A stretch of DNA of 64,000 nucleotides. It comes from Coleofasciculus chthonoplastes F2-STO-03 (GTDB taxonomy: Bacteria; Cyanobacteriota; Cyanobacteriia; Cyanobacteriales; Coleofasciculaceae). The translations under genes and the position numbers were made by a program. The notes under the pieces are model-generated. The model did no database searches and was not told where the DNA came from. It saw only the letters and a list, made by a program, of their open reading frames with translations. The DNA is taken from assembly GCA_040222015.1 (NCBI GenBank), contig JAVJWO010000040.1, positions 71,964 to 135,963 on the forward strand, in the 5' to 3' direction. Below, piece after piece: positions 53,852 through 64,000 of the stretch (the first letter of the stretch is position 1; each line of letters starts with the position of its first letter).

Positions 53852-54835
53852 TTAGGGAGAATCCATCTCGATTTGCATAGACGAACTCATCCGCATCAGC
53901 ATTTCTTGCTTACTTTCGGGTTCTGTCACCAAAAACTCCATGTTAGAAAGTGTAGACATCATTCCACTAAGCGGCATGATCTGATCAAACCCGATGGTCA
54001 TTGTTCCCGCGCTTTGCATAGCAAAAGACTGAATCTGAAAATTCACACCGGGAGGCGTTCCGGGAAGATTCATTTGGCTCGATTCTTGAGATTGCTGTTG
54101 CATACTCATTTTCAGCGTCACCTGATCTTCATTAATATCTTCCACCTCATATAAGACTTGAACCTGATCCAATGGCAACCCAGAAACAGGTACAGCGCTG
54201 GAGACTTGCCAGGTTGCTCCCACTCCCACTGCTGCTTTGGGAAACGGTGCTGCCGATAATTGCTCTAAGGAACTCAACATTTGCTGTAAAAGTTGTTGGA
54301 GGTTGGGATCAAGATCCGCTGGTAACGATACGTCCACATCTTTAGTGATTCCCTGCTGATCAATCACAAACTCAATGGTTACATCCTGGAGTTGTTGCAG
54401 TTGCGATCGCAGGGTTTGAATCAGTTCCGGCGGAGCGGTTGTATCCGAGACTACATCCACATCCGTGTAAGTCACTTTAATATGAGCATCTCCATTCCCA
54501 TCAACCTGAGTCACCTCTGACTCAACTGTCATCTGTATAGCCGGCATATTCATATTCGGCATCACCTGACCATCCACCGCCCCCATCATGTCCATATTCA
54601 TCGTCAGGACTGTGGTTTGCTTGGTGTTGGCGGCGGGTTTAAACCGCAAAATTTGCCGAGGTTGAACACCTGGATCAAGTAAGACTATCGTTGATTTCGC
54701 TTCAGTCGCACTTTCGGCTGAGTCAGGAATGGTTTCAATCAAGGGTGTTTGAGCATGGACAGAGGGAGATGGCGGCGTTATTCCCCATCCAGTAATCAGT
54801 AAGAAGGCAACGCCTAAGACGAATGGTTTTTTCAT
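53852..54835 (-). CDS. Secreted hypothetical protein (DUF6263-like)
   Basis: Signal peptide, LLDPG..PRQ.LRF, P..AVGVGATW. Confidence 0.65.
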   Translation of the reverse strand: MKKPFVLGVAFLLITGWGITPPSPSVHAQTPLIETIPDSAESATEAKSTIVLLDPGVQPRQILRFKPAANTKQTTVLTMNMDMMGAVDGQVMPNMNMPAIQMTVESEVTQVDGNGDAHIKVTYTDVDVVSDTTAPPELIQTLRSQLQQLQDVTIEFVIDQQGITKDVDVSLPADLDPNLQQLLQQMLSSLEQLSAAPFPKAAVGVGATWQVSSAVPVSGLPLDQVQVLYEVEDINEDQVTLKMSMQQQSQESSQMNLPGTPPGVNFQIQSFAMQSAGTMTIGFDQIMPLSGMMSTLSNMEFLVTEPESKQEMLMRMSSSMQIEMDSP

Positions 54836-55092
54836 CAGGTTATTCTAAGATTCAGATTCTCCTTTCAATCTAGCTCACCAAAATAGGCAGAAAAAATATA
54901 GAAGTGTAGGGGCGAGGTTTACCGATAACATGAGAGCCATAAACCGATAAGTAGTCGGACTGGCATAAAACGGCACGCTCCGGCAAGTGCAAGTAAACCG
55001 CCCTCAAACCTTTACTGTTCCCTGTTAAGAGTTCCCTGTTAAGAGTTCCCTAATCTCAACAGTTAACTTTAGTTGTGTCCACCTACTTAATA

Positions 55093-55131
55093 CCCACATT
55101 CCGCACTTCAAATTGAAGTGCGGAATGTGGG
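55093..55131. repeat. Perfect 19-bp-arm inverted repeat
   Basis: CCCACATTCCGCACTTCAA-A-TTGAAGTGCGGAATGTGGG between divergent genes. Confidence 0.9.
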
Positions 55132-55281
55132 ATGATAACCTAGTCCGCGCAGGCGGACTTTGTTTGTCTAGCTGCGATTTCAATCGCCCTGGCTGATGGG
55201 GTGTTGTGTTCATATCAAAGCCCCCCATTGTTTAAACACAGGATACAGTTCAATCATTTAAGCAGAATTTATCAAAAGCTT

Positions 55282-56541
55282 ATGGCAGACTCCAGAATCC
55301 TTTACCTGGGGATCGATTTCGGTACATCTGGGGCACGGGCGATTGTGATTGACGCCACAGGTGCAGTTCAAGCCGAAGCGCAATATACCTTTGCGGCGAC
55401 TCCCCTGGTTGAATTAACGGCAATTTGGCAAAGCACTCTGTATCGGCTAATTGAACAAATTCCGGCATCGATTCGACAGGATATTACTCGTATCGCCATT
55501 GATGGGACATCGGCAACGGTACTGCTATGCGATCGCCAAGGTACTCCAATCACTGAGCCACTTCTCTATAATGATGGGCGAGGGATAGACGTGATGGAAC
55601 AATTACAGCAGATTGCTCCAGCTAATTCCGTCGTTCTCAGTGCTACCTCGAGTCTGGCGAAACTCTTGTGGTTGATTCACCATACACCAGGTAGTCTGGA
55701 CAATTATTACTTCCTCCATCAAGCCGACTGGTTAGCCTTTTTATTACACGGTAAGCTCGGAATTAGCGACTATCACAATGCCTTAAAGCTGGGATATGAC
55801 CCAGAAAAGCTAGAGTATCCCAGTTGGATGAAACAACTCCCTCTCACACCAATATTACCCAAAGTCCTGGCTCCGGGAACGCCAGTTGGTGACGTCACTC
55901 CAGAGATTGCTTCCCGGTTAGGATTACACCCAGACTGCCAGGTTTGTACGGGTACAACAGATAGTATTGCTGCATTTCTCGCCAGTGGTGCAAAGAATCC
56001 CGGTGAAGCTGTAACCTCTCTGGGTTCTACATTAGTCCTGAAGTTATTGAGTCATACCCGCGTCGAGGATGCGGGTTACGGAATTTATTCTCACCGACTC
56101 GGTAATTTATGGTTAACCGGCGGTGCGTCTAATACTGGAGGTGCTGTACTACGACAATTTTTCAGCGACAGAGAACTTGAAGAACTTAGCCATCAAATCA
56201 ACCCTGAGCAGGAAAGTCCCCTAGACTATTATCCATTATTAAAAAGAGGCGATCGCTTTCCCATCAATGACCCTCATCTGTCTCCCAAATTAGAACCTCA
56301 ACCTGCCAACCCTGTAGAATTTCTCCACGGTTTACTCGAAAGCATTGCCCGTATTGAAGCACGAGGCTATCAATTATTACAACAACTCGGTGCGACTCCC
56401 CTCACCTGTGTCTATACGGCGGGAGGAGGTGCTAAAAATACGACATGGACAGCGATTCGCCAACGTCAGCTACAGGTTGCCATTCAACCCCCCAGACACA
56501 TAGAAGCAGCTTACGGTACAGCGTTATTCCTGAAGGGGTGA
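55282..56541 (+). CDS. FGGY-family carbohydrate kinase (xylulose/ribulose kinase-like)
   Basis: LGIDFGTSGAR, DGTSAT, GTTDSIAA, TSLGSTL, TAGGG. Confidence 0.92.
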   Translation: MADSRILYLGIDFGTSGARAIVIDATGAVQAEAQYTFAATPLVELTAIWQSTLYRLIEQIPASIRQDITRIAIDGTSATVLLCDRQGTPITEPLLYNDGRGIDVMEQLQQIAPANSVVLSATSSLAKLLWLIHHTPGSLDNYYFLHQADWLAFLLHGKLGISDYHNALKLGYDPEKLEYPSWMKQLPLTPILPKVLAPGTPVGDVTPEIASRLGLHPDCQVCTGTTDSIAAFLASGAKNPGEAVTSLGSTLVLKLLSHTRVEDAGYGIYSHRLGNLWLTGGASNTGGAVLRQFFSDRELEELSHQINPEQESPLDYYPLLKRGDRFPINDPHLSPKLEPQPANPVEFLHGLLESIARIEARGYQLLQQLGATPLTCVYTAGGGAKNTTWTAIRQRQLQVAIQPPRHIEAAYGTALFLKG

Positions 56542-56564
56542 CAAGCTCGCGTCAAAGGTAGGCA

Positions 56565-56616
56565 GGGTGTGGGGTATGGGGTGTGGGGTATGGGGTGTGG
56601 GGTATGGGGTGTGGGG
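56565..56616 (+). repeat. Alternating G-rich heptamers (GGGTGTG/GGGTATG)x7
   Basis: Read directly after the kinase stop. Confidence 0.95.
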
Positions 56617-56819
56617 CTTCTCGGTAAGGAATACAAAAACCCAGAAGAGGAACTAGGGTAAGGAGCGAGCGCTCTCCAGGCGAGGCAACGCCCTCAACTG
56701 GAAGGACTTCAGGGTCAAAATGAATAAACAATAGAGTTTTTGGTGACTCCCTGAGTAAAGTTCAACACCTCGACTCCGCTCGGTGTTGACGCCCTCGCGG
56801 AGTCGAAGCGTCAATTTTT

Positions 56820-56903
56820 CCCGACACCCGACACCCGACACCCGACACCCGACACCCGACACCCGACACCCGACACCCGACACCCGACACCCGACACCCG
56901 ACA
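56820..56903 (+). repeat. Heptamer array (CCCGACA)x12
   Basis: Perfect tandem copies after the GH5 gene stop. Confidence 0.97.
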
Positions 56904-56954
56904 CCCAGTAGTACCTTCAAGTCCCTTGTCACCCCCTCAGGGCTTGATATCTGA

Positions 56955-59174
56955 TTATCGACTTGACGCCATCAGTTGCTGAGGCTGGTAGTCGGAACCT
57001 TGCTTATTCGCACAAAATCCCAAATCATGCTTTTGTCCCGGTTCAATAACCCGTCCCCAATCCATCGGCGTGACAATATATCGTGATCCTTTCTGTTGAA
57101 AATTCCCATTCCAACTCTGATTAATCGCCGCTTGATTCATCTGAAATTGCACTTGCCAGTCGCGCACTTTGTTATCCGTGGGATTAATGACGGCTAAACT
57201 CATACAAAATCCCTCTTGCCAATCCGATTGTAGATTCGACATGACTTTCAATTGCGGTGGAGTGGTGGGAATCCTGACGGAGGGAGGAAACTCAGCGTCA
57301 CTCCTAACCGCCACGGCTGACAGTTCTCGCAGTTGGTAATCCGAACCCTGCTTATTGGCGCAAAATCCTAACTCGCGGCTTTTTCCTGGTGCGATCGCAC
57401 GTCCCCAGTCCAAGGGTTTCCCGACATACTCTGAACCCTGGGTTTTAAAGTTCCCATTCCAGGTCTGACTAATTGTCGCCTGATTCATCTGGAACTGCAC
57501 TTGCCAATCCCTCACCGCCTGATCCGTGGGATTGATCACCTCGATACTCATACAAAACCCATCTTGCCAATCTGATCGCATCGTTGAGGTGACTTTTAAT
57601 TCCGGTTGACGGGGACGGGGTTTGAGGGTGGGATTCATCCCTAGGGATGGACTAGGTTTAATATCAGGAATGAACGCCATGGCGGGTTTGTGGGCAAACC
57701 TAGTGGCAATTAGGACTCCTTGTAGTAAGTCTTGCTTGGGTTCCTGCACCGTCAGCCAGTCATCTTTGAGCAGTCCTCCGGTATCATCACTATTGGGATT
57801 CCAACTCCAGTAGGCAAAACCCAAATCCTCTTTCTGCACAAAATTAACCAATTTCTGTTGCCAAACGCCTTCCTTGGATTGGGAATCAACTTGTCGTCCG
57901 CCAAACTCCCCGATAAAGACGGGGGCGATTCCTTTTGTGGCAATATAATTCCAGCCGATTTCCCAGCGTCGGGTGAGATTTTGGGGAAAACTCGGTTCAG
58001 AAAACCAGGGTTGATCAAAGACGCCCGAACCATATTCATGGGGAGAATAGACCACTTTATTAGGACGGGACAATCGCACTGGGAAACGTCCCACGCCCTC
58101 TAGATTCGCACCCATCCAATGAATCTCCAGTTGTTGACCGGGAACGTTATTTTCTACCCCTTCGACAACCATTAACCAATCCGGGTTAATCTCCAGAATC
58201 GCATTCCCAGCCCGTTCCGCCGCCAGTCGCCAATCGGTTTCCAAATCCCCAGTTCCCCAACTGGCGCGACCATGGGGTTCGTTTTTCAGGTCAGCCCCAA
58301 TCACGTTTAATTGATTTTTGTAGCGTCTGGCTAACACTTTCCAGGTGTCAATCCAATCGGCTTCAGTGAAGCCATCACCATACCACAATTCGGGAATCCG
58401 TTCGTCGTTGAGTCGGTGAGAGTCCAACAGAATCATTAACCCTTGGCGATCGGCTTCTTGGATAATCATATCCATCACCTGTAGGGGCGATTTCCCTTCC
58501 AGTTCAGCATTTGCACCGATACTATAATCAATCCCAGTCACCTCTGGAGACCTCAGGGATTTTACGGCATAAGGCAGTCGGATCATGTTGTATCCTAATG
58601 CTTTCATCTGCGCCAGCATCTCCTTATAATCCCGTTTCCACAACCCGTGAGGGGCGTGCATTTCGGTTTCAATACCAAACCAGTTTACGCCTCGCAGAAT
58701 GACCAGTTTACCTGTCGCATCCACGATTTTTGCTCCCTCGGTCGAAAGGGGAAAGGTAACGGTAATGATCGGATTGTTCGTCGCCGCCACGGGTAAATCT
58801 GTTGCCCAATCGACGCCCATCACCAGTGATAACAGGAATGCTAACAGGAAACAAATCCCTCGGCGTAAGCCCCGGAGTTTTCGCCTTCGTTCCTGGGTAT
58901 TGTTTTGCAGTGGGGACGATAAATCCTTGCTTCCTGGCGATCGCGCCCCAGCTTTTGCCTTTGGCTTCTTCTGCCATCTACCTGCCTTCTGTTTGTCTTC
59001 AGTCAAAGGATATCCCATCCGGCGTAGCATCAAGGATGGGATATGGCTAATGGGTAAGAGTAGGTCTTGGAAAATGTTAAACATAGTGGTGTGGATATCC
59101 GAATCAGAAACGGTAACAATTGCAATCCCGACTTGGCAATTTTTGGGAGTTGTAATCCCAATCGACGCTCCCAA
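56955..59174 (-). CDS. GH5 endoglucanase with two C-terminal CBM2 modules (true start probably downstream of 59174)
   Basis: LRGVNWFG, DLKNEPH acid/base, SPHEYG, IGEFGG nucleophile; two SDWQ.GFC...DWQVQF...WNGN...GFCA modules. Confidence 0.92.
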   Translation of the reverse strand: MGASIGITTPKNCQVGIAIVTVSDSDIHTTMFNIFQDLLLPISHIPSLMLRRMGYPLTEDKQKAGRWQKKPKAKAGARSPGSKDLSSPLQNNTQERRRKLRGLRRGICFLLAFLLSLVMGVDWATDLPVAATNNPIITVTFPLSTEGAKIVDATGKLVILRGVNWFGIETEMHAPHGLWKRDYKEMLAQMKALGYNMIRLPYAVKSLRSPEVTGIDYSIGANAELEGKSPLQVMDMIIQEADRQGLMILLDSHRLNDERIPELWYGDGFTEADWIDTWKVLARRYKNQLNVIGADLKNEPHGRASWGTGDLETDWRLAAERAGNAILEINPDWLMVVEGVENNVPGQQLEIHWMGANLEGVGRFPVRLSRPNKVVYSPHEYGSGVFDQPWFSEPSFPQNLTRRWEIGWNYIATKGIAPVFIGEFGGRQVDSQSKEGVWQQKLVNFVQKEDLGFAYWSWNPNSDDTGGLLKDDWLTVQEPKQDLLQGVLIATRFAHKPAMAFIPDIKPSPSLGMNPTLKPRPRQPELKVTSTMRSDWQDGFCMSIEVINPTDQAVRDWQVQFQMNQATISQTWNGNFKTQGSEYVGKPLDWGRAIAPGKSRELGFCANKQGSDYQLRELSAVAVRSDAEFPPSVRIPTTPPQLKVMSNLQSDWQEGFCMSLAVINPTDNKVRDWQVQFQMNQAAINQSWNGNFQQKGSRYIVTPMDWGRVIEPGQKHDLGFCANKQGSDYQPQQLMASSR

Positions 59175-59266
59175 GCGATTGCTTTCCTGTCTACTAAGTA
59201 TTCTAGATAAAGTCTAGTGCAAGCAGGCAGAAATAACGCCAACAGCTAACATCTCCCCCAGCTCCC

Positions 59267-59327
59267 AGACGTAGCATGCTACGTCTCTACGCTCCCCCGG
59301 CTCCCAGACGTAGCATGCTACGTCTGG
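59267..59327. repeat. Two tandem palindromes AGACGTAGCATGCTACGTCT
   Basis: Copies at 59267-59286 and 59304-59327; same family as the GTAGAGACG...CGTCTCTAC palindrome. Confidence 0.88.
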
Positions 59328-59787
59328 AACATTGCTCCCCCGGCTTCATCGTATCTACGAAGCGGCTCTTGTATTTTTATGCCCGCTGCACTAGGGGGTA
59401 TAGCCAACTGGCTTAGGGTTAAGAAATGAGCCAAAAATTGTCAGCACCGGAGAGAGCTTGTTTGGTTTGGGTCAAGACTGTTCCTCACCCTGTCGAGTTT
59501 GACCCGAAGTCTCTATCTGATGTTCCCTCGTCTTAGTAATATTTTCTCTCTTTGAACTTTAATTGTAAAGAGATTATAGGTTTATAAAGTTTACGTAAAA
59601 ATACGGACTTAGCCTCTGATTGTTAATCGTAGATTTATAAAAATATATGGACATTTTTTGTCACAAAGATTAACCTTAAAACAGTCCCCATTAAAGTCCT
59701 CCTGCCAATTAGAATTTCTCTCGCCAACGTTTAATAGTAATTAGCAGTACGACGAACACTGGAAATTGTCACTAGGAACTACAAATT

Positions 59788-60681
59788 ATGACGGGCTCTC
59801 CACTACAACGATTCTTAATTACACCCGCCGTTATCTCGACCGCCGTCTTTGGTGTCTTGACCTTACCTCTGGCTATCTTTGGGGATCAGCCAGTCACCAT
59901 TCAACTCCAAGACGAACCTATATTTCATGGGGAACTCCGAGATCCTAATGTGGCTATGCCTTACCTGGGTTTAGTGGCTATACTCGGCTTGACAGCAGGA
60001 GCCTCTAGCATCGCGATAACCGGTTGGCGTCAGTCTGCCCGTAAATCGGCACAGACGGAAGCACAACTCTCCAGTTTGGAGCAAAACTTAAAAGAACGAG
60101 ACGAATTATTAGAGTCTCTCAAAGCGGAAGAATCTCGACTAACCGCTTCTGGCTTAACCTCCTTTTTGGATGAAGAACTCCAAACCGACATCCAGTCGTC
60201 TCCAGAGGAAAAGCCAGCTCAATCCGAATCAGAACCAGCACCTGAACAGAGTCAACCGGAACCTGCATTGTCACTACCCCAAGTGACTCAACCAGCACCG
60301 GCACCGACTCCCCAGCCAGAGGTCAAACCAGCACCTGCACCCTCGTCTCCTCCCTTTGTGATTAATACTTCACTCGCGACGACGCCCTATGAGAGTTCTA
60401 CTCCAGCCACCGTGCAATCCGCCGCCGCCAAGTTTGCTTCCGCGCAAAGCTACATGGCTTATGCGTCCAAAAAAGCCCCAAGCGAACCGCAGAATGTGAC
60501 CCCTGCACTCACTCCCTCAGACTTGGAAAAACTGCAAAGTCAATTCCAACAGATTAAAGAGCAAATGGAATTTCTCAACAAGGCAATACAAGCCCAGCCG
60601 GATGCACCCAATGCTTCAGGAACAGCACACCCAACCCAACTGCGCGTGATTAAAAATTGGTCGGTGGAAAAGATTTCTTAG
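59788..60681 (+). CDS. Membrane-anchored coiled-coil, Pro-rich hypothetical protein
   Basis: Two N-terminal TM segments, a coiled coil, a PAP-rich linker and a second coiled coil. Confidence 0.8.
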   Translation: MTGSPLQRFLITPAVISTAVFGVLTLPLAIFGDQPVTIQLQDEPIFHGELRDPNVAMPYLGLVAILGLTAGASSIAITGWRQSARKSAQTEAQLSSLEQNLKERDELLESLKAEESRLTASGLTSFLDEELQTDIQSSPEEKPAQSESEPAPEQSQPEPALSLPQVTQPAPAPTPQPEVKPAPAPSSPPFVINTSLATTPYESSTPATVQSAAAKFASAQSYMAYASKKAPSEPQNVTPALTPSDLEKLQSQFQQIKEQMEFLNKAIQAQPDAPNASGTAHPTQLRVIKNWSVEKIS

Positions 60682-60770
60682 GGCTTCGTCAATGTCTTGA
60701 CACCGATTTTATCGCTTGTTTGAGTTAATCGCCAAGAATTCAACATCTTGGCAAGCGAGCTACTTTCGGT

Positions 60771-60915
60771 TAAGCTGTCATGCCTTTCAATTGGGTATTA
60801 TACCCCGTCCAAGTTAAAAACTGGAGATTCTTTAAGGGAAAAACGTAGACGCGGTTTAGTAGCGAGCAAGAGGCTTGCCATTATTGACATTAAGGTTTAA
60901 ATGCCGAACCGCTTA
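60771..60915. mobile_element. MITE family A divergent copy (145 bp)
   Basis: TAAGCTGTCATGCC...GTAGCGAGCAAG...TTTAAATGCCGAACCGCTTA. Confidence 0.75.
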
Positions 60916-61317
60916 AGACGGACTGGTATTCTCCTCTGCCCGGTTAGAATTTTCTTGAAGCTGGTTGGACAACATGGAAATAATTTGATCCACTTTCCGG
61001 CGATTTTGTTCACCAATCCATAACGGTAGAACTTGAGTCTCGGCTAATTGTAAGACTAGCGACATAATTTCACTGTTTGATGCCTCTCCATGGAGCAGTA
61101 AAACTAACATGGCTTGGTGTTCGTCTGCTATCTGTTTCGCTTTGGGCAAAATTTCCAGGGATTTAGCCCAGTGGACTGGGAACATCAGGTGAGGCGGTTG
61201 ATTGGCTCCAATGTCAACGAGGGTTGGCTCCAAAATAGTACAAGTACCGTCTTCTCTTTCATACCAAGGGTGACTATTGGGGGAGGAAGCTGCCTGTGAT
61301 TGCATAAGATTGCCCAT
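60913..61317 (-). CDS. Hypothetical protein
   Basis: 134-aa ORF; its TAA stop coincides with the MITE end. Confidence 0.6.
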   Translation of the reverse strand: MGNLMQSQAASSPNSHPWYEREDGTCTILEPTLVDIGANQPPHLMFPVHWAKSLEILPKAKQIADEHQAMLVLLLHGEASNSEIMSLVLQLAETQVLPLWIGEQNRRKVDQIISMLSNQLQENSNRAEENTSPS

Positions 61318-61628
61318 TGATTATCTGGATTATTTTTGTTCTATTTAATCAAATTTTTTTTAAGATTGTCGAGCTTCTCTCAAGAAAATACCGTGGAATT
61401 ACGGACAGGATAATTTGTCAAAAAATAAAATTCAGTAAATTCCACGAGTCGAGCTCTTGTCGGCAAAGTCTCTACATATCTACAATGTTCTACAATTTTA
61501 CCCGCAACAGTTCAGAACCCCTCATTCAGCTCGAACTGAGCTACCCTAATTAACTAGGTAGAGCCAACTAGCGCCACTGCCTCATTGCTACAATCACACC
61601 CAACCGAGCAATCCCTGGAGATCGGCTG

Positions 61629-63698
61629 ATGAAACTGCTCTGGAATTCCCTCCTACTCTCCTTAGGCATCCTACTGCCAACTTCAACCTCTATCGTTTTA
61701 GCCGAGTCTGCGAAAACCCCTGAATCAATTGGTTCTACTCAGAATCTCACCATTTCAGATTCCCCAATTGAGCCAATTGTTCAGACGCCAGATCCACTGC
61801 ATCACCCGATGCAGATCGGATTACCTGAACAAATCGCGGTTGAACACCAATTACCTGCAAACCAGGCTGAAGCGATCGCGATTCCAGAGACTCCCTCAGC
61901 CGCTTCCACTTCAGTTATCGTCGCTGAGGATTCCTCGGAAACGCCAAAAACTATCGTCATTCCAGAGGCTGTACCCACTTCAATTCCCGATACTGCAAGG
62001 GATAGAGGAGCAGGGGCAGCAGGGGCAGCAGAGGAAGCAGGGGAAGAAGAAAACTCAGCAGATGTAGAAGAGGACACCGAAACTACAGCGCCAGACTCTA
62101 TCGAAGTTGAGACAATAGAAATCCCAGAAACCGCCAGCGACGACTCCGCTGATACAGAAGAAGACACCGAAACTACCGCCGAAAACTCGACTGAAGTCGA
62201 GACGACAGAAACCTCAGAAACCGCCAACGACGACTCGACTGATCCAGAAAAGGATACCGAAACCACCGCCGAAATCCCCGAACTGACGCCCGAAGAAAGG
62301 GAACGTCAGCAAAAGCTGATTGAAGCCGATCGCCTTTACATGAGCGGTCAATTTACCGCCGCCCAACAGCTTTATCAGGAAGCCAAAGCCTCTTTTGACA
62401 CGGAAGCAGCCCTAGAGAAACCCGTCGCTATCTATGAGCCGACTGAACTCTCACCTGCGGGTGCGGTGTACTGGCGTCAGTCGGAAGAAGGGTTAGAACA
62501 GCAACTGGAAACCAAGATTCTTGTCCCCCTCCAGTTTTTAGTCGAACAGCAACCGGAATTTATCCCTGGTCATTTGCGCTATGCTCAAACCCTCCAGGAG
62601 TACGATCGCCAGGAGGAGGCGATTCAGGTATTGGAACGGGCGACAACGTTATATCCTAATGAGCCGGATTTAATTAAAGCCAAAGTTATCGCCCTAGCCG
62701 ACACCAAACGTTGGTTAGAAGCCTCCCTCGCCGCCCGCCAGTTTGCTATGCTCAACTTCAATCATCCCCAAGCGGCGGAATTTGAGGTGTTGGCGGAGGA
62801 GAATTTAGAACGCTATCGATCGCGCTTGCGGAGTGAACTCAGAGGGAATGCGATCGCGAATGTGATTACGGGGGCGTTGGGTTATATCTTTACCGGAAAT
62901 CTCTTTGGTCCAATTTCGGCAATTGAAACCACCACATTAATGCTACGGGGAGAATCCGCCGTGGGGGAAAGTTTTGCTGAACGGGTACAAAAGCAACTCC
63001 CCATGATAGAAGATGAACAAGTGTTGGACTATGTTCGAGAAATTGGCAATAAACTCGCGATCGTAGCTGGGCGGGATGAGTTTGAGTATCAGTTTTATGT
63101 GGTTATGGATGACCAACTCAATGCCTTTGCTCTACCCGGTGGGAAGGTATTTGTCAATGCTGGCGCGATCATGAAAACAGACTCAGAGGCGGAGTTAGCG
63201 GGGTTATTGGCTCATGAACTGGCTCATGCCGTATTATCTCATGGCTTTCAGTTGGTAACAGAGGGGAATTTAATTGCCAATGTTACCCAATATATTCCCT
63301 TTGGTCGCACTGCCACCAATTTAATTGTTCTCGACTATAGTCGAGACATGGAACGTCAGGCTGATGCGTTAGGGACAAAGATTTTAGTCGCTGGTGGCTA
63401 TGCAGCAGATGGACTGCATAATCTTATGATTACGTTAAATGAACAAGACCGCGATCGCCCCTTATTTGCATGGCTGTCTACTCACCCGAATACAGATGAA
63501 CGGATTAGCAACATTGAAACCCTAATTGAGCGCAATGGGTACAACCGTTATACCTACGAAGGCGTCGCCCGACATTTGGAAATTCAAGCGCGAGTGGCGC
63601 AATTGCTCAAGGAATACGAAGCGCAACAGGAGTGCGAGGAAAATGATGAGTGTGAGCAAGAACAAGACCAAGAGCAAGAGGAGATACTTGAAGAGTAG
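61629..63698 (+). CDS. M48 family metallopeptidase with signal peptide, acidic repeat linker and TPR-like region
   Basis: NAFALPGG, AHELAH (HExxH), YSRDMERQAD, STHP. Confidence 0.92.
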   Translation: MKLLWNSLLLSLGILLPTSTSIVLAESAKTPESIGSTQNLTISDSPIEPIVQTPDPLHHPMQIGLPEQIAVEHQLPANQAEAIAIPETPSAASTSVIVAEDSSETPKTIVIPEAVPTSIPDTARDRGAGAAGAAEEAGEEENSADVEEDTETTAPDSIEVETIEIPETASDDSADTEEDTETTAENSTEVETTETSETANDDSTDPEKDTETTAEIPELTPEERERQQKLIEADRLYMSGQFTAAQQLYQEAKASFDTEAALEKPVAIYEPTELSPAGAVYWRQSEEGLEQQLETKILVPLQFLVEQQPEFIPGHLRYAQTLQEYDRQEEAIQVLERATTLYPNEPDLIKAKVIALADTKRWLEASLAARQFAMLNFNHPQAAEFEVLAEENLERYRSRLRSELRGNAIANVITGALGYIFTGNLFGPISAIETTTLMLRGESAVGESFAERVQKQLPMIEDEQVLDYVREIGNKLAIVAGRDEFEYQFYVVMDDQLNAFALPGGKVFVNAGAIMKTDSEAELAGLLAHELAHAVLSHGFQLVTEGNLIANVTQYIPFGRTATNLIVLDYSRDMERQADALGTKILVAGGYAADGLHNLMITLNEQDRDRPLFAWLSTHPNTDERISNIETLIERNGYNRYTYEGVARHLEIQARVAQLLKEYEAQQECEENDECEQEQDQEQEEILEE

Positions 63699-64000
63699 AT
63701 TGGTATTTTTATCTATCCATATCTTAAGCCTGGTTGAAAAGGAAATTGCACAAGCAAACGAAACAAAGTCTGCTTGATCTCGGAGTAACCAAAAACTAAG
63801 GGTGTGGAAACCCGCGCAGGCGGGTTTAGTTTGTGTAGCTGCGGTTTCAACCGCTAATCCTAATCCAGTCAGGAAAAAAACCATTATCAAGATTTTTGGA
63901 TACATTTTTTCTTTCTTTGTCAAGTGCCTATAGATGTATTGTGCAAAACTATACGGTAGAGATTTCTTTATAGTGTCCCGAATCATCCAATCAATTCAAC

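Noticed and set aside
56653-56904. 83-aa ORF with SGVGCRV repeats
   Set aside because: It arises from the (CCCGACA)x12 array
61802-62266. 154-aa Ser/Val-rich minus-strand ORF
   Set aside because: Antisense shadow of the low-complexity M48 linker

Overview
Chromosomal DNA from a filamentous cyanobacterium. Dense HIP1 GCGATCGC sites, STRR heptamers, REP-like palindromes and a full-length KaiA suggest an Oscillatoriales/Coleofasciculus-like host (inference). Core genes are infC, fabI-ntcA, a CruA-type lycopene cyclase, kaiABC with a divergent hybrid kinase, a class V aminotransferase, an OFA-type MFS transporter, an FGGY kinase and an M48 peptidase. There are two accessory regions. (1) 5.6-13.4 kb is a heavily decayed type III-D(v)-like CRISPR-Cas locus: the WYL regulator and Uma2 are intact, the CARF/Card1-like gene is truncated, cas10 is absent, at least four deletion junctions are visible, there are remnants of two csx19 + Cas7-insertion modules, and a TA-duplicating MITE sits in the last cas gene. 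No array, cas1, cas2 or cas6 was seen. (2) 13.7-23.8 kb is a defence island beside tRNA-Arg(CCG): type I R-M with a long HsdM, two orphan antitoxins, a YgjP/M48 gene, and a Panacea antitoxin paired with a MazF-like toxin carrying a putative Zn-binding insert. The window also holds three cellulase-type genes (GH9-CBM3, Tat-Ig-GH9, GH5-2xCBM2), a collapsed three-gene operon remnant, two MITE families and a 65-bp repeat with an exactly 30-nt variable core. All family assignments come from motif recognition by eye; no database searches were run.
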